A stretch of 32,000 bases of DNA from positions 1,253,155 to 1,285,154 of the forward strand of contig NZ_CP048029.1 in NCBI RefSeq assembly GCF_011290485.1. The letters run 5' to 3'. This document shows positions 22,863 through 30,283 of the stretch, one piece after another. The position numbers and the translations under genes were made by a program. The stretch is from Caldichromatium japonicum (GTDB taxonomy: Bacteria; Pseudomonadota; Gammaproteobacteria; Chromatiales; Chromatiaceae). Numbering within the stretch: the stretch's first letter is position 1; each line of letters begins with the position of its first letter. The notes under the pieces were generated by a model, which did no database searches, was not told the origin of the DNA, and saw nothing but the letters and a program-made list of their open reading frames with translations.

Positions 22863-24631
22863 ACTTGGCCTCCAGCATGGGCGGCGACGAGCCGCGCATA
22901 CTGCCCATGCGCCGCGAGAAGCGATGTATGAGTGCCCTCCTCGACGACCCGCCCCTGATCGAGCACTAGGATACGGTCGGCGCGGCGCACTGTCTGCAAC
23001 CGATGGGCGATGACGAGCAGGGTGCGTCCCTGCGCAAGTGCATCGATCCCCTCTTGCACCAGCCGCTCGCTGTCGGGGTCGAGGCTTGCGGTGGGTTCGT
23101 CCAGGATCACCAAGGGGGCATCGCGCAGAAACGCCCGCGCCAGGGCGATGCGTTGGATCTGACCGCCCGAGAGACCTGCCCCGCGCTCGCCGATCGGTGT
23201 GTCATAGCCTTGGGGCAGGGACTCGATAAACTCGGCGATGCGCGCCTGTTGGGCCGCGGCGCGTAATTCTTTCAGGTCGGCATCGGGCCGACCGAGCCGG
23301 ATGTTGTCGGCGATGGTCCCCTGAAAGAGGTGCGGCTGCTGCGGGACCCAGGCCAGATGCCGGCGCCAATCCTCAAGATCCAGCTCAGAGAGCCTTTGGT
23401 CCCCGATCCAGATCTCACCCCGACTCGGGGCCAAAAAGCCGAGTAAAAGATTGACCACTGTGCTCTTGCCTGCGCCGCTGGGTCCGACGATGGCGACCCG
23501 CTGGCTTGCAGGGATATCAAAACTGACCTTGCAAAGCGCCTCGCGCCCGGGTGCATAGCTAAAATGCACCCCGGCAAACCGCACCCCGAAAGGGCAGGGT
23601 GCCTGAAGCTTCGCCTTGCCCAGATGCTCCGGCGGTTGTCTTTCCAGGATCTGGATCAGGTGTTCAGCGGCGGCGATCGCCCCGAGGCGGGCGTGATACT
23701 GGGTCCCCAGGTTGCGCAATGGGGCATAGAACTCGGGGGCGAGCATCAGGATAAACAGCCCCTGCAGATAACTCAGCTCAGGCAGTCGTATCCACTCAGG
23801 GAGCGGTAGGGCCAGGCCATAGAGCCGAAAGCCGATGAAGACTGCCACTAAGGCGATCCCGATACTGGCAAAGAGCTCGAGCACCGCAGAACTTAAAAAA
23901 GCGATGCGCAAGACCTGCATGGTAGCGCGGCGATAGTCGTCCGATATCTGGGCGATGAGGCCAACCTCGCGTTTGCTGGCGCCGAAGAGCTTGAGGGTTG
24001 TGAGCCCCTGGATGACGTCGAGAAAATGCGCCCCCATGCGTGCAAGCTGGCGCCATTGGCGCTGATTGCGCGCCTCGGCGCCCGTGCCGATCAGGATCAT
24101 GAAGACTGGGATCAAAGGGGCGGTAAAGAGCAACACCAGACCCGACAGCCAATCGAGCGGCAGGACCGCGGTTAGGATCGCGAGCGGCAGGGTCATGACC
24201 AGGCCCATGGCGGGGATGAAGCGGGCGTAATACCCCTCCAGGTCATCGATCCCGCGGGTCAAGACCTCGGCGAGCGAGCCGCTGCGCTCGTCGGCGAGCA
24301 TGGTGGGCCCGAGCCTGTGCAGATGCCGATAGACCTGATCGCGGAGGCTTAAGCGCACCGCGGCAGCGGCGGTGAAGGCCGCGCGCTCGGCCAGCCAGAT
24401 CAAAAGCGCCCGCCCGAAAAAGAGCAAGAGGAGTCCCCACAGCCAGGGCTGGAGCGCCATCAAGCCCTGGTGCCCGAAGATGGTGGCATCGAGGATGTTC
24501 GCGATCGCCCAAGCCTGGGCGATCGCCAAGAGACCGTTGCAGGTATTGAGCCAGATACTCAAGGTAAGCGCCCGACTCGCCAGCGGGCGCTGCGCCTTGA
24601 GCCAGGCATTGATCGAAGGTGAGACCGCCAC
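22859..24631 (-). CDS. cydD: Thiol reductant ABC exporter subunit CydD
   Basis: ..WLKAQRPLASRALTLSIWLNTCNGLLAIAQAWAIANIL.. resembles the CydD N-terminus. Walker A GPSGAGKST, LSGGQIQRIALARAF, VILDEPTASLD. GTG start at 24631. Confidence 0.85.
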   Translation of the reverse strand: MAVSPSINAWLKAQRPLASRALTLSIWLNTCNGLLAIAQAWAIANILDATIFGHQGLMALQPWLWGLLLLFFGRALLIWLAERAAFTAAAAVRLSLRDQVYRHLHRLGPTMLADERSGSLAEVLTRGIDDLEGYYARFIPAMGLVMTLPLAILTAVLPLDWLSGLVLLFTAPLIPVFMILIGTGAEARNQRQWRQLARMGAHFLDVIQGLTTLKLFGASKREVGLIAQISDDYRRATMQVLRIAFLSSAVLELFASIGIALVAVFIGFRLYGLALPLPEWIRLPELSYLQGLFILMLAPEFYAPLRNLGTQYHARLGAIAAAEHLIQILERQPPEHLGKAKLQAPCPFGVRFAGVHFSYAPGREALCKVSFDIPASQRVAIVGPSGAGKSTVVNLLLGFLAPSRGEIWIGDQRLSELDLEDWRRHLAWVPQQPHLFQGTIADNIRLGRPDADLKELRAAAQQARIAEFIESLPQGYDTPIGERGAGLSGGQIQRIALARAFLRDAPLVILDEPTASLDPDSERLVQEGIDALAQGRTLLVIAHRLQTVRRADRILVLDQGRVVEEGTHTSLLAAHGQYARLVAAHAGGQV

Positions 24632-24656
24632 TGCTTGAGGCCGTTAGGATCGAGGA

Positions 24657-24720
24657 CTGTGCATGACCCTTGAGGATACGGAAGTCAGGGCGCCTTGGGA
24701 ATGCGCCTTGTCATGCACAG
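24657..24720. promoter_or_regulatory. Perfect 11-bp inverted repeat CTGTGCATGAC-N42-GTCATGCACAG with an inner 5-bp hairpin, in the cydD/rpsP divergent region
   Basis: The arms at 24657-24667 and 24710-24720 are exact reverse complements. The inner pair is GGCGC (24689-24693) / GCGCC (24703-24707). It lies 26 nt from the cydD start codon. Confidence 0.4.
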
Positions 24721-24866
24721 CGGTAGGCCAGTCTGGACAGATGGATCAGGGGTTGCATCTGGCGTGCCTTGCGCGATCAGGGCCGTTAGACTCTTCCATT
24801 CTAGGCTGATTCATGTATATTTGCGCGTTTAACCGCGGTCTTTCTATCCAGCCTAAAGCGATACAC

Positions 24867-25124
24867 ATGGTCAAGATTCGTTTGTCTCGCGGCGGTTCCA
24901 AGAAGAACCCCTTTTATCACATCGTTGTGGCCGATATCCGTTGCAAACGGGATGGACGTTACATCGAGCGTCTAGGCTTCTATAACCCCAATGCCCGCGG
25001 CGGCGAAGTGCCGCTGCGCCTCGACACCGAGCGCGCTCAACATTGGATTCAACAAGGCGCCCAGCCGACCGAACGTGTCAGACAATTGCTCAAGCAGGCG
25101 CGGCGCGAGGCGGCTACTGTCTAA
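24867..25124 (+). CDS. rpsP: 30S ribosomal protein S16
   Basis: [41 protein letters not shown] is the canonical S16 N-terminus. Confidence 0.95.
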   Translation: MVKIRLSRGGSKKNPFYHIVVADIRCKRDGRYIERLGFYNPNARGGEVPLRLDTERAQHWIQQGAQPTERVRQLLKQARREAATV

Positions 25125-25151
25125 CCCTTGACCCTGAGGGGGCATGCCGCC

Positions 25152-25658
25152 GTGGCCGCTGCCACCAATCGGCGGGTGGTTCTGGGCCAGATCGTCGGTC
25201 TCTATGGTGTGCGAGGCTGGGTCAAGATCCATTCCGAGACCGAGCCGCGCGAGGGGATCCTCAACTATTCCCCCTGGCTCGTCGGTCCGCAGGGGGAGGT
25301 GCTGCGGGTGCTCGAAGGCCGACGCCAGGGCAAGGGTCTTGTCGCGCATCTCGATGGCTGTCACGATCGCGATCAAGCGGCGCATCTGGTGGGTCTGGAG
25401 ATCGCCGTCTGGCGCGAGCAGTTGCCGCCGCCTGGTCCAGACGAATTTTATTGGACCGACCTCGAGGGCCTGAGCGTGATCACCGAGACAGGGGTCGATC
25501 TAGGGTGCGTCACCCGTCTCTTCGCGACCGGCGCCAACGATGTCCTGGTGGTTGCCGGCGAACGCGAGCGGCTGATCCCCTTTGTCTGGGACCAGGTGAT
25601 CCTCGAGGTCGATTGCGCTCAGGGTCTCATCCGCGTCGATTGGGACCCCGAGTTCTGA
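25152..25658 (+). CDS. rimM: Ribosome maturation factor RimM
   Basis: ..VVLGQIVGLYGVRGWVKIHSETEPREGILNYSPW.., ..FYWTDLEGL.. and ..GANDVLVV.....ERLIPFV.. The start is GTG 25152 (GAGGGGG 9 nt upstream) or TTG 25128 (longest ORF). Confidence 0.85.
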   Translation: MAAATNRRVVLGQIVGLYGVRGWVKIHSETEPREGILNYSPWLVGPQGEVLRVLEGRRQGKGLVAHLDGCHDRDQAAHLVGLEIAVWREQLPPPGPDEFYWTDLEGLSVITETGVDLGCVTRLFATGANDVLVVAGERERLIPFVWDQVILEVDCAQGLIRVDWDPEF

Positions 25659-25667
25659 GCGGATGCG

Positions 25668-26447
25668 ATGCGCTTCGATGTCATCACCCTCTTTCCGGAG
25701 GTGTTCCGCATCCTCTCCGCCTATGGAGTGAGCGGTCGGGCGGTAGCCCGGGGCCTGGTCGAGATCCACCTGTGGAACCCGCGCGACTTTACCCAGGACC
25801 CGCATCGCACTGTCGATGACCGGCCCTATGGCGGTGGGCCGGGGATGGTGATGAAGGTCGAGCCCTTGCGTGCGGCCATTGCCGCAGTGCGCGCCGCTGC
25901 CCCTCATAGTCGGGTGGCCTATCTCTCACCCCAGGGCCGGCTGCTCGATCAGGCAGCTATGGTCGAGATCGCCCAACAGCCTGGCTGGGTCCTGCTGGCA
26001 GGCCGTTACGAGGGGGTCGATGAGCGGCTCATCGAGCATCATGTCGATGAGGAATGGTCGATCGGCGACTATGTCTTAAGCGGCGGTGAGCTGCCGGCGA
26101 TGGTCGTCATGGACGCGGTGATTCGCCTGCTGCCCGGCGCACTCGGCCATGATCAATCGGCGCAGCTCGATTCATACATGGATGGCCTGTTGGATTGCCC
26201 GCATTACACCCGTCCGGAGGAGACCGCTGAGGGGCGCGTCCCCGAGGTCTTGCTCTCCGGCGATCATGCCGCTATCGCGCGCTGGCGGCTGCGGCAGGCG
26301 TTGTTGCGGACCTGGCAACGCCGACCGGATTTGATCAAGCGCCGCGGACTCAGCGAGCGTGAGCGCGCCTTGCTAGAAGCAGCACTCGAGGCATCGATCC
26401 AGGCCCATCCCGAGGAGGGGCCGGTTGAATACAGGAGCAAACCATGA
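25668..26447 (+). CDS. trmD: tRNA (guanine37-N1)-methyltransferase
   Basis: [13 protein letters not shown]...[21 protein letters not shown]....[10 protein letters not shown]....[20 protein letters not shown] are canonical TrmD motifs. Confidence 0.95.
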   Translation: MRFDVITLFPEVFRILSAYGVSGRAVARGLVEIHLWNPRDFTQDPHRTVDDRPYGGGPGMVMKVEPLRAAIAAVRAAAPHSRVAYLSPQGRLLDQAAMVEIAQQPGWVLLAGRYEGVDERLIEHHVDEEWSIGDYVLSGGELPAMVVMDAVIRLLPGALGHDQSAQLDSYMDGLLDCPHYTRPEETAEGRVPEVLLSGDHAAIARWRLRQALLRTWQRRPDLIKRRGLSERERALLEAALEASIQAHPEEGPVEYRSKP

Positions 26448-26797
26448 GCAACATCATCCAGCAGCTCGAACGCGAACAGATCGAGCAATTGAACCGCGAG
26501 ATCCCGGACTTCCGCCCAGGTGATACCGTGGTCGTTCAGGTCAAGGTACGTGAAGGCGACCGCGAACGCCTCCAGGCCTTCGAGGGAGTCGTGATCGCCA
26601 TGCGTCGACGCAGTCTCAATTCGTCGTTTACCGTGCGCAAGATCTCGCATGGTGAGGGGGTCGAGCGCGTCTTCCCGCTCTATAGCCCGGCGATCGCCAG
26701 CATCGAGGTCAAACGCCGCGGCGATGTACGGCGCGCCAAGCTCTATTATCTGCGCGGTTTGACCGGGAAGGCGGCGCGGATCAAGGAAAAGATCTGA
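26444..26797 (+). CDS. rplS: 50S ribosomal protein L19
   Basis: [12 protein letters not shown]....[33 protein letters not shown]...[30 protein letters not shown] overlap with trmD. Confidence 0.95.
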   Translation: MSNIIQQLEREQIEQLNREIPDFRPGDTVVVQVKVREGDRERLQAFEGVVIAMRRRSLNSSFTVRKISHGEGVERVFPLYSPAIASIEVKRRGDVRRAKLYYLRGLTGKAARIKEKI

Positions 26798-26801
26798 CGG
26801 C

Positions 26802-28337
26802 TTGGGCGAGACCTTCTATTGGTTGGATTACGAGACTTGGGGGGGCGACCCGCTTCGCGATCGCCCCTTTCAGTTTGCCGGCCTGCGTACCGACGCCGAG
26901 TTCAATCCGCTCGGCGAACCCTTGGTCCTCTTCTGCCAGCCTAGCGCGGATCTCTTGCCTGATCCGGACGCCTGTCTGATCACTGGCCTAACGCCCCTGC
27001 ACATCGCCGAACGGGGCATGCGAGAGGTCGAGTTCGCCCGCGCCATCCATGCCGAGTTGAGCCAGGCCGTAACCTGTATCGCCGGCTATAACAATCTGCG
27101 TTTTGATGACGAGATCACCCGTCATCTCTTTTATCGCAATTTCATCGATCCCTATGCCCATGAGTGGCGCGATGGCAACAAGCGCTTCGATCTGATCGAT
27201 GTCTTGCGTCTCGCTCGGGCCCTACGACCAGAGGGCCTAAACTGGCCGCTTCACCCAGATGGGACGCCATCGTTCCGCCTGGACGAACTGACTGCCGCCA
27301 ATGACATCTCCCATGAGAACGCTCATGACGCGCTTGCCGATGTCAAGGCAACCATTGCCCTCGCCCGCAGGTTGCGCGCAGCCCAACCGAGGCTGTTTGC
27401 CTATGCATTGGGTCTGCGCGACAAAAGACGGGTGCGCGCCTTGCTCGACCAGCGTCGGCCGCTTTTACATGCCTCAGCGCGCTTCCCAGCTGAACTTGGC
27501 TGTATCGCCCCGATCTTGCCACTTGCTCCACATCCGGCCAAGGCCAGTGCTGTGATCTGTTTCGATCTGCGCGCCGAGCCTTTGCAGTTACTCGACCTGA
27601 CAGTCGATGAATTGCAGCGTCGTCTTTTTACGCCAACGGATCGAAGACCTCAGGGGGTGATACGTGTCCCCTTGAAGGTTGTGCATATCAATCGCGTCCC
27701 TATGCTTGCCCCCATGAACACCCTTACCCCGGTCGCCGCAGAGCGCTGGCGGATCGATCCCCAGCAGGTGATTCGGCATGCCTGTTGGATCGCTGAACGG
27801 GGTGAGGAGATTGCAGAACGGGTCCAGGCCCTGTTTCAGCCTTTGCCCGCGACCGACCTGGACCCGGAGCTGGCACTCTATAGCGGCGGTTTTATCCCCG
27901 ATGCCGACCGCAGGCTGTGCGCTTGGGTACAGCGAGCCCATCCCGAGGACTTGCGCTCTCCCCCTGGTCGGTTTACCGATCCCCGCCTGTCGGTCCTCTT
28001 GCTGCGATACCGCGCCCGTAATTGGCCCGAAACCCTCAGCGAGACCGAGCGCGCCCAGTGGGAGGCCATCCGCCGCCGGCGTCTGATCGAGCCAGAGGGT
28101 GGAGGGAGTATCCAGCTCGACTGCTACCGCGCTCGCCTTTCTGAGCTTGCCCAGCAATATGCTGCTGATCCGGTCAAATGTGCGCTCATCGGTGCACTGC
28201 GCGCCTGGGGTGATGCACTACTGCCCGAGGGGACGACGGCGGACGCAGAGAAAAGCGATTGCGGGGCGGATACAAGGTTGCGGTCTGTTGATGCGCTAGC
28301 ATGTTTGGGCCTTGCCGATGGCCGCGTCATACCATAG
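26802..28337 (+). CDS. sbcB: Exodeoxyribonuclease I
   Basis: FYWLDYETWGGDPLRDRPFQFAGLRTD.., ..GYNNLRFDDEITR.. and ..HDALADVKATIALARRL are DEDDh ExoI motifs. A TTG start at 26802 is inferred, 4 nt after the rplS stop. The C-terminal tail overlaps the convergent GGDEF gene by 42 nt. Confidence 0.85.
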   Translation: MGETFYWLDYETWGGDPLRDRPFQFAGLRTDAEFNPLGEPLVLFCQPSADLLPDPDACLITGLTPLHIAERGMREVEFARAIHAELSQAVTCIAGYNNLRFDDEITRHLFYRNFIDPYAHEWRDGNKRFDLIDVLRLARALRPEGLNWPLHPDGTPSFRLDELTAANDISHENAHDALADVKATIALARRLRAAQPRLFAYALGLRDKRRVRALLDQRRPLLHASARFPAELGCIAPILPLAPHPAKASAVICFDLRAEPLQLLDLTVDELQRRLFTPTDRRPQGVIRVPLKVVHINRVPMLAPMNTLTPVAAERWRIDPQQVIRHACWIAERGEEIAERVQALFQPLPATDLDPELALYSGGFIPDADRRLCAWVQRAHPEDLRSPPGRFTDPRLSVLLLRYRARNWPETLSETERAQWEAIRRRRLIEPEGGGSIQLDCYRARLSELAQQYAADPVKCALIGALRAWGDALLPEGTTADAEKSDCGADTRLRSVDALACLGLADGRVIP

Positions 28338-29219
28338 ACAACGATTGCGTCCGGCATCCTTGGACGAGTAAAGCGCAATATCCGCTTGCGCGACCAGGGT
28401 ATAACACAGGGTAGCCGGTGAAGGGGTCATGGCTGCAACCCCGATGCTGACCGTCACCTGCCCTAGGGGGGTATACGGATGAGGGAGCGCGAGCTGGGCA
28501 ACTGCCAGGCGCAGGCGTTCGGCGATGGCGCATGCGCTTACCTGATCGGTATCAGGCAGCAGGGCTACGAACTCCTCCCCACCATAACGGGCGATCCGGT
28601 CGCCCTCGCGCAAACAGGCATCGCCTGCGGGATGGCCGAAGTGATCGTTATAGGATTTGAAGTGATCGACGTCGATCATGAGCAGGGCGAGCGGGCGCTG
28701 ACGTTCCCTGGCTTGCTGGAATAGTTTGCTTAGATCCTGATCGAACCGCCGCCGGTTGCCGACCTTCGTCAAGGGGTCTTGATAGCTCGTCTCGATGAGC
28801 AGGCTGGACTGGTCGCGCAGACGCCGCTCACGGCGCCGAGGCGCGGTCATATCATGGATCTGGATCAGGCAGGCGCAGACCGGATGCTGAAGAGGAGTGA
28901 TATAGATCAATTGCTGTATCTGCTCGCTGCGCTCCCGGTCCCCTGGTCGGCGATAGATCGGCAGCGGGGCGGGGTTGAGGGTTGGCGCCAACATCGATGA
29001 CAGCCGAAACCGCAGGGCCTCGTCGATAGCCCATGCCAAACGCCCGTCTTGGATCTCGGGGAAGAGTTCGGTCAGCCGCTGGCCCTGAACCGCCGCAAAC
29101 TCCAGACCGCTGTGCCGGCGCATCCAATCGTTCCAAGAGACCACGCGGCCTGCGCGATCGAGCAGGACCAATCCGACCTGCAGACTATCGAGGACCTGGC
29201 GAACGAGCTCTAGATCCAT
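28296..29219 (-). CDS. PAS-GGDEF protein (diguanylate cyclase-like, with a shortened GGDEF domain)
   Basis: PAS: LDSLQVGLVLLDRAGRVVSWNDWMRRHSG. GGDEF: QDPLTKVGNRRRFDQDL...LALLMIDVDHFKSYNDHFGHPAGDACL|REGDRIARYGGEEFVALLPDT..SIGVA. The start at 29219 shares one base with the cheC-like stop (TGATG). Confidence 0.8.
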   Translation of the reverse strand: MDLELVRQVLDSLQVGLVLLDRAGRVVSWNDWMRRHSGLEFAAVQGQRLTELFPEIQDGRLAWAIDEALRFRLSSMLAPTLNPAPLPIYRRPGDRERSEQIQQLIYITPLQHPVCACLIQIHDMTAPRRRERRLRDQSSLLIETSYQDPLTKVGNRRRFDQDLSKLFQQARERQRPLALLMIDVDHFKSYNDHFGHPAGDACLREGDRIARYGGEEFVALLPDTDQVSACAIAERLRLAVAQLALPHPYTPLGQVTVSIGVAAMTPSPATLCYTLVAQADIALYSSKDAGRNRCLWYDAAIGKAQTC

Positions 29220-29836
29220 CAGGCGATACCTAAGCGGGTGAGATAGGTATCGAGATGGTTGCACAGCGCCTGGAACGAATCGATGCTCAGCAAAAGCACG
29301 AGCTGTCCCTGGATGCGCCTCTGGTCTATGACCAGTTGAATGCGTAGCAACAATACCAACCGCTCGTCGTCTTCAGCAAAGAGGCGCATCGCTTGGGTAT
29401 CGCTGAAATAATGCTCCGGCAGGCTGCCGAAGAGAGTGATCCCAAATTCATCAGCGACTGCGCTCATGCAGGCATTGAGGATCACGTTGCCGATCTCGCA
29501 CATGGCTTCTTGTTCGAACTCCGAGACCTCTTCCGGCGTCAGATCGGGCGCCAATAGGCTGCCGACAATGGCCAAGGCATTGCGTTCGGGAAAGATTAGG
29601 ATGGCCTTGGCCATAAAGGACCCAGAAAAATCGATGGTGACTAGGCTGAATTCCTTGAAATCAGCCCCCAGCAGTGCCTGCATCACCTCGCAGGCGCGTA
29701 CCAGATCGATGACTGGGGCCATCAATTGGATCTCATCCTGGACCATCTGGCTGAGGCTATGCGCCGCCCGGCCCACACCGAGGTTAAAAAGTTCGCAGAG
29801 CGCATCACGCTGAAGGTCACTCAATTCGCACACCAT
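29219..29836 (-). CDS. CheC-family CheY-P phosphatase-like protein
   Basis: Two copies of the CheC active-site motif [DS]xxxExxN-x22-P are present. They are DALCELFN-(22 aa)-P and EAMCEIGN-(22 aa)-P, the second with E in the first position. I counted both spacings directly. Confidence 0.75.
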   Translation of the reverse strand: MVCELSDLQRDALCELFNLGVGRAAHSLSQMVQDEIQLMAPVIDLVRACEVMQALLGADFKEFSLVTIDFSGSFMAKAILIFPERNALAIVGSLLAPDLTPEEVSEFEQEAMCEIGNVILNACMSAVADEFGITLFGSLPEHYFSDTQAMRLFAEDDERLVLLLRIQLVIDQRRIQGQLVLLLSIDSFQALCNHLDTYLTRLGIA

Positions 29837-30211
29837 CTATTCCTCAAACAGGGCCACCATGTGCTCTGCGACCTCAGGGGTGATTGGCTTGGCGACAAAG
29901 CGCACGCCCGCCTTCTCAGCGGTCTGGCGCACATAGTTCTGTATATTGGCCGTACAGATGACAATGCGGATGGAGGGATGATGCAGCTTAAGGCGTCCGG
30001 CAACCTCGAGCCCGCTCATCCCGGTCATATTGACATCGAGGCTGATATAATCCGCTAACTCGCGCTCGACCATCGCAAGGGCCTCTTCGCCGCTCGCCGC
30101 CTCTGTGATCCGCCATTGTGGTCGAAGCTCTTCGATCAGCCGGCGCAACAGTATCCGCGACGTACGGCTATCATCGACGATCAACAGCGAGCGCTGGGGG
30201 GTGTGTACCAT
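29837..30211 (-). CDS. Stand-alone CheY-like response regulator receiver
   Basis: LLIVDDSRTSR (acidic pocket), ISLDVNMTGMSG (phospho-acceptor Asp), VICTAN, FVAKPIT (conserved Lys). The start MVHTPQ is at 30211 with an upstream GGAAAGG. Its stop directly abuts the cheC-like ATG. Confidence 0.85.
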   Translation of the reverse strand: MVHTPQRSLLIVDDSRTSRILLRRLIEELRPQWRITEAASGEEALAMVERELADYISLDVNMTGMSGLEVAGRLKLHHPSIRIVICTANIQNYVRQTAEKAGVRFVAKPITPEVAEHMVALFEE

Positions 30212-30283
30212 GGACACCTTTCCGATCTCGGGGTCTTGCAAGCCCAAAATCATAGCAAACGGCTTGCCGAAATCCTGGCTTGC

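Noticed and set aside
25043-25819. 258-aa ORF on the plus strand overlapping rpsP, rimM and trmD
   Set aside because: It is an Arg/Gly/Pro-rich alternative frame across three well-supported conserved genes, so it is a shadow ORF.
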